Source of the DNA: Candidatus Calescibacterium sp.
GTDB lineage: Bacteria > DRYD01
Reading direction: 5' to 3'
NCBI GenBank assembly: GCA_025059235.1
Contig: JANXCV010000003.1
Location: 43,392-107,391 of the forward strand
Length of the DNA stretch: 64,000 nt
Shown here: piece by piece, positions 63,971-64,000 of the stretch
Position numbering within the stretch: the stretch's first letter is position 1
Layout of the letters: every line of letters starts with the position of its first letter
Program-made: the position numbers and the translations under genes
The notes under the pieces: model-generated
The model's input: the letters and a program-made list of their open reading frames with translations, nothing else
What the model was told of the DNA's origin: nothing
Database searches by the model: none

Positions 63971-64000
63971 TACCTCCAGTTGTAACTTGTACTTTATTAA

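Overview
AT-rich, densely coding bacterial chromosome segment with about 45 CDS. I found no rRNA, tRNA, CRISPR array, transposase or prophage. Gene content points to a diderm, probably thermophilic, deep-branching bacterium: an SLH-anchored OmpM-like porin, a LolA-like protein, a GH57 branching enzyme, a thermophile-type KaiC-like ATPase and a Ski2/Hel308-like helicase. Normally operonic genes sit alone (atpA, nuoMN, dnaN, pheS, fliF). Most interesting: (i) a 711-aa basic, Met/Gly-rich coiled-coil-hairpin protein with no signal peptide, resembling a membrane-inserting translocator or pore former, coupled to a very acidic 199-aa partner; (ii) an orphan FliF-like ring gene that shares an 11-bp-periodic TGT(T/A)AAA upstream motif with that locus; (iii) an rlmB-like gene that apparently starts at ATT directly after an in-frame stop; (iv) a long 5'-UTR hairpin on the porin gene; (v) a giant PilX-like protein with a perfect 33-bp tandem repeat; (vi) a LigA with no BRCT domain. 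All family calls come from motif recognition by eye, not from database searches.
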